From contig NZ_JBQCFT010000249.1 of NCBI RefSeq assembly GCF_051958795.1, positions 5,800-69,799 on the forward strand: a stretch of 64,000 nt of DNA. The letters are read 5' to 3'. Below the pieces are notes generated by a model. It ran no database searches and was not told the DNA's origin. It saw nothing but the letters and a program-made list of their open reading frames with translations. The stretch comes from Luteibacter sp. GTDB taxonomy: Bacteria; Pseudomonadota; Gammaproteobacteria; Xanthomonadales; Rhodanobacteraceae. The position numbers and the translations under genes were made by a program. Below, one piece after another: positions 12,877 to 22,850 of the stretch (the first letter of the stretch is position 1; each line of letters begins with the position of its first letter).

Positions 12877-12901
12877 ACAAGGACGGCCGCAAGGTCCCGG
12901 G

Positions 12902-12948
12902 ACCGCCCCCGATCCGTCACCCTCACCCCGAGAGCGGTCGGGGGCGGT
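12902..12948 (+). terminator. GC-rich hairpin after ubiK (11-bp perfect stem, C-rich loop)
   Basis: ACCGCCCCCGA / TCGGGGGCGGT followed by TATTT; weak U-tract. Confidence 0.4.
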
Positions 12949-12981
12949 TATTTCCCCATCCCGCGCAAAGGAGTGTGCGAT

Positions 12982-13058
12982 ATGCGAACCCGGTCCGGCA
13001 TGGATCACAGCCGTTCGCTGCCGCTTCCTATGCGTAAGCGGTTACGATTCCCCGCCTC

Positions 13059-13062
<4 letters not shown>
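12982..13062 (+). CDS. Candidate 26-aa leader ORF (MRTRSGMDHSRSLPLPMRKRLRFPAS) coupled to yifB
   Basis: AAAGGAG 8 nt before the ATG; its TGA overlaps the yifB ATG (ATGA); yifB has no visible SD of its own. Confidence 0.35.
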
Positions 13063-14558
<1,496 letters not shown>

Positions 14559-14559
14559 G

Positions 14560-14679
14560 GCGCGTGATCTCCCGAAAGCGGAAATCCACCAACTCGATGC
14601 AGGGCATTTTGCGCTGGACGAGAAGGTGGATGACATCGCGTCACTGATCCTCCGGTTCCTTGGTGGTCTCGGGCGGTGA
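14560..14679 (+). pseudogene. Relic C-terminus of an alpha/beta hydrolase
   Basis: [34 protein letters not shown] contains the catalytic-His motif DAGHFAL; no start codon or N-terminus present. Confidence 0.7.
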
Positions 14680-14808
14680 GCGCCACTTGCGCGCGAGGTC
14701 TTCGCACCTGTCCAGCATCCAGTCAGGCGGTGGGAAGTCAGGTGGCGGGTTGTAGTTCAGGTATCGATAAGCGCGAGGGATGGGCGGGTCTTTCTTTTTT
14801 GTTTTCAT
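14641..14808 (-). CDS. Candidate 55-aa proline-rich protein ([30 protein letters not shown]...)
   Basis: The ATG overlaps the TGA of the upstream DUF6338-like ORF; below the ORF-track cutoff. Confidence 0.4.
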   Translation of the reverse strand: MKTKKKDPPIPRAYRYLNYNPPPDFPPPDWMLDRCEDLARKWRSPPETTKEPEDQ

Positions 14809-15206
14809 GAGCGTGATCGAGAATTGAATTCAACTCGTGCCACATCGGTGACGTTGATGAGAATGTCCTTAGACGTAGTCGTTGTCGGTGAGGCATCGTC
14901 ATCGTCCCAGGCGCTTTCAGTAACGAAAAAGTGACCTTTTTCCGAGCTTTCCGGCCAGACACTCGGCCATCCGCTCAAGCGTGAGCCATCTTTCAAATTC
15001 AGCGTAACGAATCGGTGCTGTTGTGAAAACACACCGAACCATTCGCTCGGATACGACGTGCGCTGCGTCGCGCCAAGTCGACGAAGCCAATCGAACAGGT
15101 AGTCGTGATTTGCTGCAACGCTCATGCCGGCACCCGCGACGACTGCAGTAACCAATCGAGCGAAGAGTGTGCTCTCGGCTGTCCACGGGCCATCCCCCGT
15201 CAGAGT
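14805..15206 (-). pseudogene. DUF6338-like membrane protein, probably N-terminally truncated
   Basis: ANHD..FDWLRRLG.TQRTSYPSEW, LNLKDG.RL.GWP..WP and ILINVTDVARVEF resemble the DUF6338 C-terminal half; the frame is open only back to a TAA near 15210, with no ATG/RBS before the TM helix; AT-richer than the flanks. Confidence 0.5.
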
Positions 15207-15289
15207 TAATACTTATTTCATGTACTGCCTAGTTGACAAATGGGTGGATGGAGGCGGAGAATTCTGTACTAGGCGGTTTGATAATGACT

Positions 15290-15414
15290 GCCTGCCCCGT
15301 CCCGGTGCTGGATACCCTCCCTCCCCCCGCGCCAGCACCGGGACCGGCCTTTACATCCCCTTCGATACACGTTTTTAGGTCGGCCCACCCCTTTGGTGAT
15401 GGCCGATTTTTTTT
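15290..15414 (+). ncRNA. Candidate small RNA with C-rich hairpin loops and an intrinsic terminator
   Basis: 13-bp stem (15299-15311/15332-15344) with loop ATACCCTCCCTCCCCCCGCG, then hairpin 15380-15406 plus T8; GATAAT at 15280-15285. Confidence 0.3.
15380..15414 (+). terminator. Rho-independent terminator shape on the + strand
   Basis: TCGGCC-CACC-CCTTT-GGTG-AT-GGCCGA followed by TTTTTTTT. Confidence 0.55.
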
Positions 15415-15432
15415 GCGCGTTCTCCCTGGGGA

Positions 15433-16722
15433 TCAGGCTGCCGAGGCAGGGTGGAACTGGCTTTCCTCCGTGGAGCCGGACAGCGCCGACAGCGAGCTCA
15501 GCGAGCCCGAGATCACCTGGTTCACGCGATCGAAGTATCCCGTGCCGACCTCGCGCTGGTGCTTCGCAGCCGTGTAGCCATCCTTCTCGGCGGCGAACTC
15601 AGCCTCTTGCAACGCGACGTACGCCTCCATCTGGTGGTCACGGTAACCGCGGGCCAACTGGAACATGGAGTAGTTCAGGGCGTGGAAGCCCGCGAGCGTG
15701 ATGAACTGGAACGCGTACCCGAGCTTGCCCAGGTCGTTCTGGAAGCTGGCGATCGTTTTCTCATCCAGGTTCTTCTTCCAGTTGAAGCTCGGCGAGCAGT
15801 TGTAGGCCAGCTTCTTCCCGGGGAACTCTGCATGGATCGCCTCGGCGAAGCGGCGTGCCTCATCCATGTCGGGCGTGGATGTCTCGCACCAGATCAGGTC
15901 GGCATAGGGGGCGTAGGCGAGGCCGCGGCTGATCGCCTGTTCGATGCCCTGCCGTGTTTCATAGAAGCCCTCCACGGTGCGTTTGCCCGTGAGGAAGGCC
16001 TTGTCGTTCTCGTCGATATCGGAGGTGACGAGCCCCGCGCCCATCGCGTCGGTACGCGCGACGATCAGCGTGGGAACGCCGGCGACGTCGGCGGCAAGGC
16101 GCGCGGCCACCAGCTTCTGCACGGCCTCCTGCGTCGGCACGAGGACCTTGCCGCCCATGTGTCCGCATTTCTTGGCGCTGGCGAGCTGGTCCTCGAAGTG
16201 CACGCCGGCGGCGCCCGCTTCGATCATGTGCATCATGAGCTCGTAGGCGTTGAGCACGCCGCCGAACCCGGCTTCCGCGTCGGCGACGATCGGCACCAGC
16301 CAGTCGAGGCCATCCTTGCCTTCGGCGTGGTGGATCTGGTCGGCGCGCAGCAATGTCTTGTTGATCTTGCGCACGACGTTGGGCACGGAGTCGACCGGGT
16401 ACAGCGACTGGTCGGGGTACATGGTGCCCGCGGTATTCGCATCGGCCGCGACCTGCCAGCCCGAGAGATAGATGGCCTGCAGGCCGGCCTTCACCTGTTG
16501 CATGGCCTGGTTGCCGGTGAGCGCGCCGAGCGCGTTCACGTAAGGCCGTTCCTGCATGGAGCGCCACAGGCGATCGGCGCCACGTCGGGCCAGGGTGTAT
16601 TCCACCTGCACGGTGCCACGCAGGCGCACCACGTCCTCGGCGGTGTAGGGGCGTTCGACGCTGTTCCAGCGTTCGTTGTTCTTCCAGTCGAGCGTGATCT
16701 GTTCGGCAGTGTGCGTCTTCAT
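15433..16722 (-). CDS. aceA: Isocitrate lyase
   Basis: KKCGHMGGK active-site motif, [21 protein letters not shown] and HQREVG; AGGAG RBS before the ATG at 16722. Confidence 0.97.
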   Translation of the reverse strand: MKTHTAEQITLDWKNNERWNSVERPYTAEDVVRLRGTVQVEYTLARRGADRLWRSMQERPYVNALGALTGNQAMQQVKAGLQAIYLSGWQVAADANTAGTMYPDQSLYPVDSVPNVVRKINKTLLRADQIHHAEGKDGLDWLVPIVADAEAGFGGVLNAYELMMHMIEAGAAGVHFEDQLASAKKCGHMGGKVLVPTQEAVQKLVAARLAADVAGVPTLIVARTDAMGAGLVTSDIDENDKAFLTGKRTVEGFYETRQGIEQAISRGLAYAPYADLIWCETSTPDMDEARRFAEAIHAEFPGKKLAYNCSPSFNWKKNLDEKTIASFQNDLGKLGYAFQFITLAGFHALNYSMFQLARGYRDHQMEAYVALQEAEFAAEKDGYTAAKHQREVGTGYFDRVNQVISGSLSSLSALSGSTEESQFHPASAA

Positions 16723-16744
16723 CGTCGTACTCCTTGGAGAGGTA

Positions 16745-18343
16745 TCAGGCCAGTCGTTCGTAGGCGGGCAGGGTGAGGAAGTCGCGCAGTTCGTTTGAAT
16801 GGGTAAGGGCACTGATCAGTGCAGCCGCTTCGTCGGCGCGCGCCGCACCGGGCAGCTTCGATTCGCGAAGGCGGTGGGTATGTGCTGCGAGCGCCTGGTC
16901 GAAAAGGGGCAGGGTGATGGGTGCGTGGTCGCTGAACTCCACGGGGCCGTGATGCAGCCACTGCCACAGCTGCGCGCGCGCGATTTCAGCCGTCGCGGCA
17001 TCTTCCATGAGGTTGTGGATCGGCACGCAGCCTTGTCCCTCGAGCCACGCCGCGGTGTAGCGGAGGCAGACCTCCACGTTGTTGTCGAAGCCGGTGCGGG
17101 TGACGGTGCCGATGGCAGGCGCAATCAATGCATCGCGATTCGCCACGACGTCATCGCGGGTAACGTGCAACTGGTTGGGCGTGGGCATGTGGGCGTCGAA
17201 GATTTCCATCGCCACGGGGACGAGCGCGGGGTGAGCCACCCAGGTGCCGTCGTGGCCCGCCGTGACTTCGCGCAGCTTGTCCGCGCGCACCTTGGCCATG
17301 GCGGCATCGTTCGCCTCCGCATCGCCCTTGATCGGGATCTGTGCAGCCATGCCGCCCATCGCGAAGGCGCCGCGGCGGTGGCAGGTCTTGATAAGCAGTT
17401 CCGAATACGCCTTCAGGAACGGCACGGTCATCACCACCTGGCCGCGTTCGGGAAGCAGGCGATCGGCGTGTGCGCGGAAGGTCTTGAGGTAGGAAAAGAT
17501 GTAGTCCCAGCGCCCGCAGTTCAGGCCGACGACACGCGTACGCAAGGCGTGCAGGATCTCGTCCATCTGGAACACCGCAGGCAGCGTCTCGATGAGCACG
17601 GTGGCCTTCATGCAGCCAGGAGGCAGCGCGAGCACGTCCTCCGCGTGGGCCATCACGTCATCCCAGAGCGCGGCTTCTTCCATCGACTGGAGCTTCGGCA
17701 GGTAGAAGTACGGGCCGCGATCCTGTGCGCGCAATGCCGCGGCGTTGTGGAAGGCGAACAGGCCGAAATCGAGCAGGGCGCCGGAGAGGACGTCGCCATC
17801 GATCTCGACATGCCGCTCCGGGAGGTGCCAGCCGCGCGGACGTACGACCAGGACGGCGGGACTGTCGATGACGGTGTAGCGCTTCCCTTCCGGGCTGGTG
17901 AATTCGATGGTGCCCTCGACCGCATCGCGCAGGTTGCGCTGGCCCTCCATCTGGTTGGCCCACGTTGGTGCGCTGGAATCCTCGAAGTCGGCCATGAAGA
18001 CCTTCGCCCCCGAGTTGAGCGCGTTGATGATCATCTTGCGTTCGACCGGGCCGGTGATTTCGACGCGGCGGTCCTGCAGGGCAGAGGGGGTCGTCGCCAC
18101 GGTCCAGTCGCCCGCGCGGATGGCGGCCGTGTCAGGGCGGAAATCGGGAAGGTCCCCGGCGTCATAGCGCTGCTGACGGGCGGTACGTTCGGCCAGGAGG
18201 GCGAGCCGGCGGCTGTCGAAGCGGCGGTGAAGGTCCGCCACGAAGGCCAGCGCGGCGTGGGTGAGGATGTCAGCGAAGGCCTCGTCGGTGCCGTGCAGGC
18301 TGACACCTTCCAGGGGATTCATCACGCTCTTGGGTACTGCCAT
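16745..18343 (-). CDS. aceB: Malate synthase A
   Basis: [38 protein letters not shown] and [10 protein letters not shown] motifs. Confidence 0.97.
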   Translation of the reverse strand: MAVPKSVMNPLEGVSLHGTDEAFADILTHAALAFVADLHRRFDSRRLALLAERTARQQRYDAGDLPDFRPDTAAIRAGDWTVATTPSALQDRRVEITGPVERKMIINALNSGAKVFMADFEDSSAPTWANQMEGQRNLRDAVEGTIEFTSPEGKRYTVIDSPAVLVVRPRGWHLPERHVEIDGDVLSGALLDFGLFAFHNAAALRAQDRGPYFYLPKLQSMEEAALWDDVMAHAEDVLALPPGCMKATVLIETLPAVFQMDEILHALRTRVVGLNCGRWDYIFSYLKTFRAHADRLLPERGQVVMTVPFLKAYSELLIKTCHRRGAFAMGGMAAQIPIKGDAEANDAAMAKVRADKLREVTAGHDGTWVAHPALVPVAMEIFDAHMPTPNQLHVTRDDVVANRDALIAPAIGTVTRTGFDNNVEVCLRYTAAWLEGQGCVPIHNLMEDAATAEIARAQLWQWLHHGPVEFSDHAPITLPLFDQALAAHTHRLRESKLPGAARADEAAALISALTHSNELRDFLTLPAYERLA

Positions 18344-18398
18344 GGTCGCTGCCTCCGGACTCGGGTCTGGAGGTCACGCTACGGCGCCGCCCACGCCG

Positions 18399-18427
18399 TT
18401 GACAAAGCATATGTTTCAATCTATAGC
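18399..18427 (+). promoter_or_regulatory. Sigma70-like promoter for the LysR gene
   Basis: TTGACA-N17-TATAGC in the AT-rich aceB/LysR divergent gap. Confidence 0.6.
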
Positions 18428-18479
18428 ATTAACAGGCTTAATGTACGATCTAACTTATTGGTTGGAGTGAGAAATTCGC

Positions 18480-19520
18480 ATGGCCGGAAAGCTGAATCCA
18501 GCTAAGAGCGCGACTGCGAAACGCCGCGCGCGGCGTAAAGCGTCCGATTCTGCCCCGGCCGCCGCCGACGCAGCCGGCCGTTTCTACTACAAGGGCAACC
18601 GGCTGAAACAACTTCGCGCGTTCGTGTACATAACGCGGCTCGGCACCCTCAGCCGTGCGGCGGAGGCGCTCTTCCTGTCTCAGCCATCAGTGAGCCTGCA
18701 GCTGCAAGCGCTGGAGCGGGAGCTGGGGATGCCGCTGGTCGAGCGCACCCGCCGCCGCGTCACGCTGACCGACGCGGGTGAGGCGCTCTACGAAATGGCC
18801 CGCCCCCTCGTCGAGGGTTTCGAGAACCTCGACCGGGAGTTCATCGCGAAGACGCGCGGCAAGCAGTCCGGCCGCCTAGTCGTGGCGGCCGGCGCCTCGA
18901 CCATCCAGTACCTGCTCCCCGACCTGGTGAAGGCTTACCGCGAGCGCTACCCCGATGTGCACCTGCAACTCGCCAACGTGACCGGGAAGGACGGCATGGC
19001 ATTGCTACGCGCCGACGAGGCGGACATCGCCATCGGTTCGATGCTCGACGTGCCCAACGACATCGCCTGGGCTCCGGTCTACCACTACGACCCGATGTTG
19101 ATCATGCCGCCGGATCACCCGCTGGCATCGCAGGACACCATTCGTCTCGAAGACCTTTCGCCGTACGGGCTGATCCTTCCTCCACAACGGCTCACGACCT
19201 TCCGCCTGGTCGACATGGTGTTCCAGCAGAGGCGCGTGCCGTACACCGTCGCGATCGAAGTGGGTGGTTGGGACGTCATCAAGCAATACGTGGCGATGGG
19301 GCTGGGTATTTCGATCGTTACTGGTATCTGCATTACCGATGCCGACCGTGAGCGGCTCGTCGTGCGCAACCTTCGACAGTACTTCCCGCAACGAAGCTAC
19401 GGCGTGGTGATGCGGAAGGGTAAGTTCCTCAGCCCGGAAGCGCGCGCGTTCATCGACCTGATCAAGCCGGGGTTGCTTACGCACCGGGATTACGATGAGT
19501 CGGGGCATTCGGAGCGGTGA
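18480..19520 (+). CDS. LysR-family regulator divergent from aceBA
   Basis: HTH LSRAAEALFLSQPSVSLQLQALERELG plus substrate-binding domain; basic N-terminal extension. Confidence 0.9.
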   Translation: MAGKLNPAKSATAKRRARRKASDSAPAAADAAGRFYYKGNRLKQLRAFVYITRLGTLSRAAEALFLSQPSVSLQLQALERELGMPLVERTRRRVTLTDAGEALYEMARPLVEGFENLDREFIAKTRGKQSGRLVVAAGASTIQYLLPDLVKAYRERYPDVHLQLANVTGKDGMALLRADEADIAIGSMLDVPNDIAWAPVYHYDPMLIMPPDHPLASQDTIRLEDLSPYGLILPPQRLTTFRLVDMVFQQRRVPYTVAIEVGGWDVIKQYVAMGLGISIVTGICITDADRERLVVRNLRQYFPQRSYGVVMRKGKFLSPEARAFIDLIKPGLLTHRDYDESGHSER

Positions 19521-19967
19521 CTACGCGCGCACGTCGACGGCGTTGCCGGTTCGCAGCGCCTTGATCAGCGTCAACATTCCCTTCGCGCCGTAGAGGGCTC
19601 CGTCGTAGGCGCTGCGATATTTCGCGGCGGAATGCATCGGCGACATCGAACCCACTACCCTGGCAGCGCGCTCGGCTGCCTCTATCAAGTTGAACGGACG
19701 ATCGTCAGCCAGGTTTCGCGCGCCAGAGTTCCTGAAGAGAATCAGTTCCGACGCCACCTCTTCGGTCAACTTGCCTTCCTCCATGAGCTGCACGGCAAGG
19801 GGATCCAGCTGACTGGGCCGGACTTTCGTAAGGTCAAGCTGTGCGAGCGCCTGCGCCGCACCTCCGGACATGCCCTGTCGCGTCCGTTTTACTTGATCAT
19901 CCGTGCCGCGAGAGGCTCCGAGTTGATCGAGTCGCAGCGAAGGCAGGGGCTTTGGTCGAATTTCCAT
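19521..19967 (-). CDS. Hypothetical 148-aa protein ending in GNAVDVRA
   Basis: GGAGG RBS before the ATG; convergent and abutting the LysR stop codon. Confidence 0.6.
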   Translation of the reverse strand: MEIRPKPLPSLRLDQLGASRGTDDQVKRTRQGMSGGAAQALAQLDLTKVRPSQLDPLAVQLMEEGKLTEEVASELILFRNSGARNLADDRPFNLIEAAERAARVVGSMSPMHSAAKYRSAYDGALYGAKGMLTLIKALRTGNAVDVRA

Positions 19968-20157
19968 GCTTTCCTCCAGGGAGGCGTGCACGTTGCCTGA
20001 CCTCGCCAGCAAAAGTCTGTCATCCGTTTCCGACCGAACGTGTCATCCGCACATCAGCTTGGGCCGCGTAGCTATCGGCTCGTGGTGGTAAATGTCACGA
20101 CGGCTCCCGCTATGTACAACGTTCGCTTTCGCTTGTCCGGCGGGTGATCTGGGAGGC

Positions 20158-20748
20158 TTATGCGTCCCGATGCTTACCGTGGTACCCCACGAACATGGCG
20201 CGGATGCGCGCCATGTCAGCATCGGGATCATCGGTCGTGTGTACGAGCGGGCCCAGCGTGAAGGTCTTCGTCGGGTAATCGATGAAGACGGGCTGGATCG
20301 GCACGCCTGCCGCGCGCGCAATGCGCAGGAACCCGGATTTCCACTGCTTCACCGGTTTGCGCGTCCCTTCGGGCGCGATGCCAAGCCAGAGCTTGTCGTT
20401 GGCAGCGAACTGCCCAAGCATCTGCTCAACGACATTCGTCGCGGCCTTGCGATCGATCGGGACGAGCGGCATCCGGCGAAGGATGGGCCCGAAGGGGCCG
20501 TCGAACGCTTCGCGCTTGATCATCACGCGCAGGTCGAGGCGGATGGCCTGCAACATCAGCAGCCCGTAGACGCCATCCCAGTACGATGAATGCGGGGCGC
20601 CAATCAGCACCAGCTTCTTCTCATTCGGCATGGTGCCTACGATGCGCCAGCCGGTCCGCTTGATGGCCCAACGGCAGAGCCGCCTGAACCACACGTCGCG
20701 CAGGCGCGGAACGTTGGGCGCCATGTCGCTCGGGACGCCGCCGTTCAA
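20158..20748 (-). CDS. PlsC-family lysophospholipid acyltransferase
   Basis: APHSSYWD (HX4D), PIDR and IAPEGTR motifs; start approximate. Confidence 0.88.
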   Translation of the reverse strand: MNGGVPSDMAPNVPRLRDVWFRRLCRWAIKRTGWRIVGTMPNEKKLVLIGAPHSSYWDGVYGLLMLQAIRLDLRVMIKREAFDGPFGPILRRMPLVPIDRKAATNVVEQMLGQFAANDKLWLGIAPEGTRKPVKQWKSGFLRIARAAGVPIQPVFIDYPTKTFTLGPLVHTTDDPDADMARIRAMFVGYHGKHRDA

Positions 20749-21167
20749 TCGCGGCTCCAGTCACGCGATCGCGTGCGCTTGGTTTCACCGCGCTGGGCCT
20801 TGCCAGCGAGGCGGCGCTCCTTCGAGGCACGCGTCGGGCGGGTCGCCACGCGCTTCTTGGCGACGATCGTCGCGGCGTGGATGATTTCGGCAAGCCGTTC
20901 GCGTGCATCGTCGCGGTTCCGGGCCTGGTCGCGGAATCGGCGCGCCTGGATGACCAGGACGCCCGCGTCGGTCATGCGGCGATCGCGGCGCGCCATAAGC
21001 CGTTCGCGCACTTCCTCAGGCAGCGACGGTGAACTGGCGACATCGAATCGCAGTTCCACGGCGCTTTCCGTGCGGTTGACGTGCTGCCCACCCGGGCCAT
21101 CCGCGCGCGTGAAGCGCTCGATGAGCTCGGAGTCGGGAATCGAGATGGATGGCGTGACGATAAGCAT
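20745..21167 (-). CDS. arfB: Alternative ribosome-rescue peptidyl-tRNA hydrolase ArfB
   Basis: GPGGQHVN motif, RDQARNR, basic tail RVATRPTRASKERRL. Confidence 0.93.
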   Translation of the reverse strand: MLIVTPSISIPDSELIERFTRADGPGGQHVNRTESAVELRFDVASSPSLPEEVRERLMARRDRRMTDAGVLVIQARRFRDQARNRDDARERLAEIIHAATIVAKKRVATRPTRASKERRLAGKAQRGETKRTRSRDWSRD

Positions 21168-21378
21168 GACGTGGCGAATTCTAGCAGCGCGGCGCCGCAG
21201 GTCATGATGCGGCGCGATCCCGCAAGCGAGGACTACAGGCTGGCGAGCCGTTCCCTGACAGAGCTCCCGGCGGGCGATATCCGAGCATAGCGATCCTTCC
21301 CGAGTCGATGGAGTCTCGCACATGTTTAACGTTAAACTTGCCGCTGCGCTGGTCCTTGCGCCTGCCATCGGGTTCGAC

Positions 21379-21825
21379 ATGGAAGACACTATCAAGCTCC
21401 CCAAGCTGCGGCGACTCATCGCTGCTGATCTCATCGGCGATGTTGATGTCGTCGGTCGGCGGGGCGGTTGGGTCGTTCGCGTGCATACGGGCGATCAGGT
21501 TCCACCGGTGCTTGCGGCGGCCAATGGCGCCGTGCGCGTATTCACCACGGCAGACAGCGCGGTCCATCAATTGATCCGGCTGGGCGTCACGCGCTTCCAT
21601 TTCGTAGCGGACGAATACGAATCGGGGACGTTGCGCGCGCCGAGGCCCGATCGTGCCGCGGTCCTCAAGCAACAATCCGAGTACGAGGCGTGGCTCAAGG
21701 CCAAGCTTGATGCGGTGGATGCGCGCCTTGAAGCCGGGACGGAGCCGTTGTACACGCCGGAAGAGGCTTGGGCACGCGTCCAGGAGAGACTTGCATTACA
21801 CGAAAAGGGTGGCGAGAAAGGCTGA
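21379..21825 (+). CDS. Putative antitoxin with a PaaA2-like C-terminal segment
   Basis: GWVVRV, VRVFTTADSAV..L..LGVTRF and RPDRAAVLK..SEYEAWLKAK motifs; directly upstream of a ParE-like gene; alternative start at 21322. Confidence 0.6.
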   Translation: MEDTIKLPKLRRLIAADLIGDVDVVGRRGGWVVRVHTGDQVPPVLAAANGAVRVFTTADSAVHQLIRLGVTRFHFVADEYESGTLRAPRPDRAAVLKQQSEYEAWLKAKLDAVDARLEAGTEPLYTPEEAWARVQERLALHEKGGEKG

Positions 21826-21833
21826 GGCGCTGC

Positions 21834-22124
21834 ATGGCGTCTTGGCTTCTCACCCAGTCCGCCGAGCGTGACCTGGATGCTCTGCTGTCCTATCTCGCGC
21901 AGCATCGCGCAACATCGGCGTCACGCAATATTGCTCTCGTGATCTTTAATCAGATTGAGTTGATCGCAGCGCACCCACTTGCTTTCCCCGAGGATTCTGC
22001 CGGCAGGCGCCACAGCATCGTTCCTCGATTGGCACATCGAATTACCTATCGGTACATTGCCGAGGCGGATTGCGTCCGGGTGACGGCAATCACCCACGCG
22101 CGTCGACAGTGGGTGCGCTCGTAG
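21834..22124 (+). CDS. RelE/ParE-family toxin
   Basis: 96 aa; LTQSAERDLDALLSY...HPLAFP...RITYR...VRVTAITHARRQW pattern. Confidence 0.75.
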   Translation: MASWLLTQSAERDLDALLSYLAQHRATSASRNIALVIFNQIELIAAHPLAFPEDSAGRRHSIVPRLAHRITYRYIAEADCVRVTAITHARRQWVRS

Positions 22125-22128
22125 CACC

Positions 22129-22842
22129 TCAGCCGTGCCGCAACCGAAGAGCGTCTTCCCATCCGAAGCGGATGCCCAGGGACTGCCACGTACCGTCCAG
22201 CCCGGCCTCGATCGACAAGGGCGCGCCCGTCGCCGGGTGTTCGAACGTCAGCCGCTCGGCATGCAGCAACAGCCGGTGGGAACTGAAGTGCTGCTTGAAC
22301 AGCCGGTTGTGGTCGCCCCTGCCGTGCTGGCTGTCGCCGACGATCGGGTGGTGGATGTGGGCGAAGTGCTTGCGGATCTGGCGGAAGCGGCCCGTCCGTG
22401 GCTCGGCCACGACCAGTGCGTAGCGCTGCTTGTCGTAGCGGCCCAGCGGGATATCCACCTCCACGGTCGCCAGGCGGCGATAGTCGGTGGTGGCTTCGCG
22501 GCGCGGTCCGGTATCGCGGGAACCGGGCAACGGGTAATCGACCGTTCCCTCGGCGGGCTCGGGCCAGCCGCGTACGACGGCGAGGTAGCGCTTGCTCACG
22601 GTGCGGCCCATGAACTGCTCGCCCAGCGCGCTCGCCATCTCGGGCGAACGGGCGACGAGCAGCACGCCCGAGGTGGCCCGGTCGAGCCGGTGGGCCAGGT
22701 GCAGGCGTCCTTCGACCTGCTCGCGGAGCAGGTCGATCAGGAAGGCATCATCCGGCCCGACGAACTTGGAGCGGTGCACCGCCAGGTTGGCGGGCTTGTT
22801 GACGGCGACGATCTCGTCGTCCTGGTACAGGATCTCTAGCAC
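22129..22842 (-). CDS. truC: RluA-family pseudouridine synthase, tRNA Psi65 synthase TruC-like
   Basis: VNKPANLAVHRS, HRLDRATSG catalytic Asp, TGRFRQIRKHF and HPIVGD..HG motifs; GTG start inferred. Confidence 0.85.
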   Translation of the reverse strand: MLEILYQDDEIVAVNKPANLAVHRSKFVGPDDAFLIDLLREQVEGRLHLAHRLDRATSGVLLVARSPEMASALGEQFMGRTVSKRYLAVVRGWPEPAEGTVDYPLPGSRDTGPRREATTDYRRLATVEVDIPLGRYDKQRYALVVAEPRTGRFRQIRKHFAHIHHPIVGDSQHGRGDHNRLFKQHFSSHRLLLHAERLTFEHPATGAPLSIEAGLDGTWQSLGIRFGWEDALRLRHG

Positions 22843-22850
22843 GGCAGCGC

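Noticed and set aside
14559-15260. Intact integrative element at yifB/comM
   Set aside because: comM is intact; no integrase, att duplication or tRNA seen; only gene relics remain
15233-15577. 114-aa + strand ORF starting TTG
   Set aside because: No RBS; it crosses a terminator-like hairpin and overlaps the aceA 3' end
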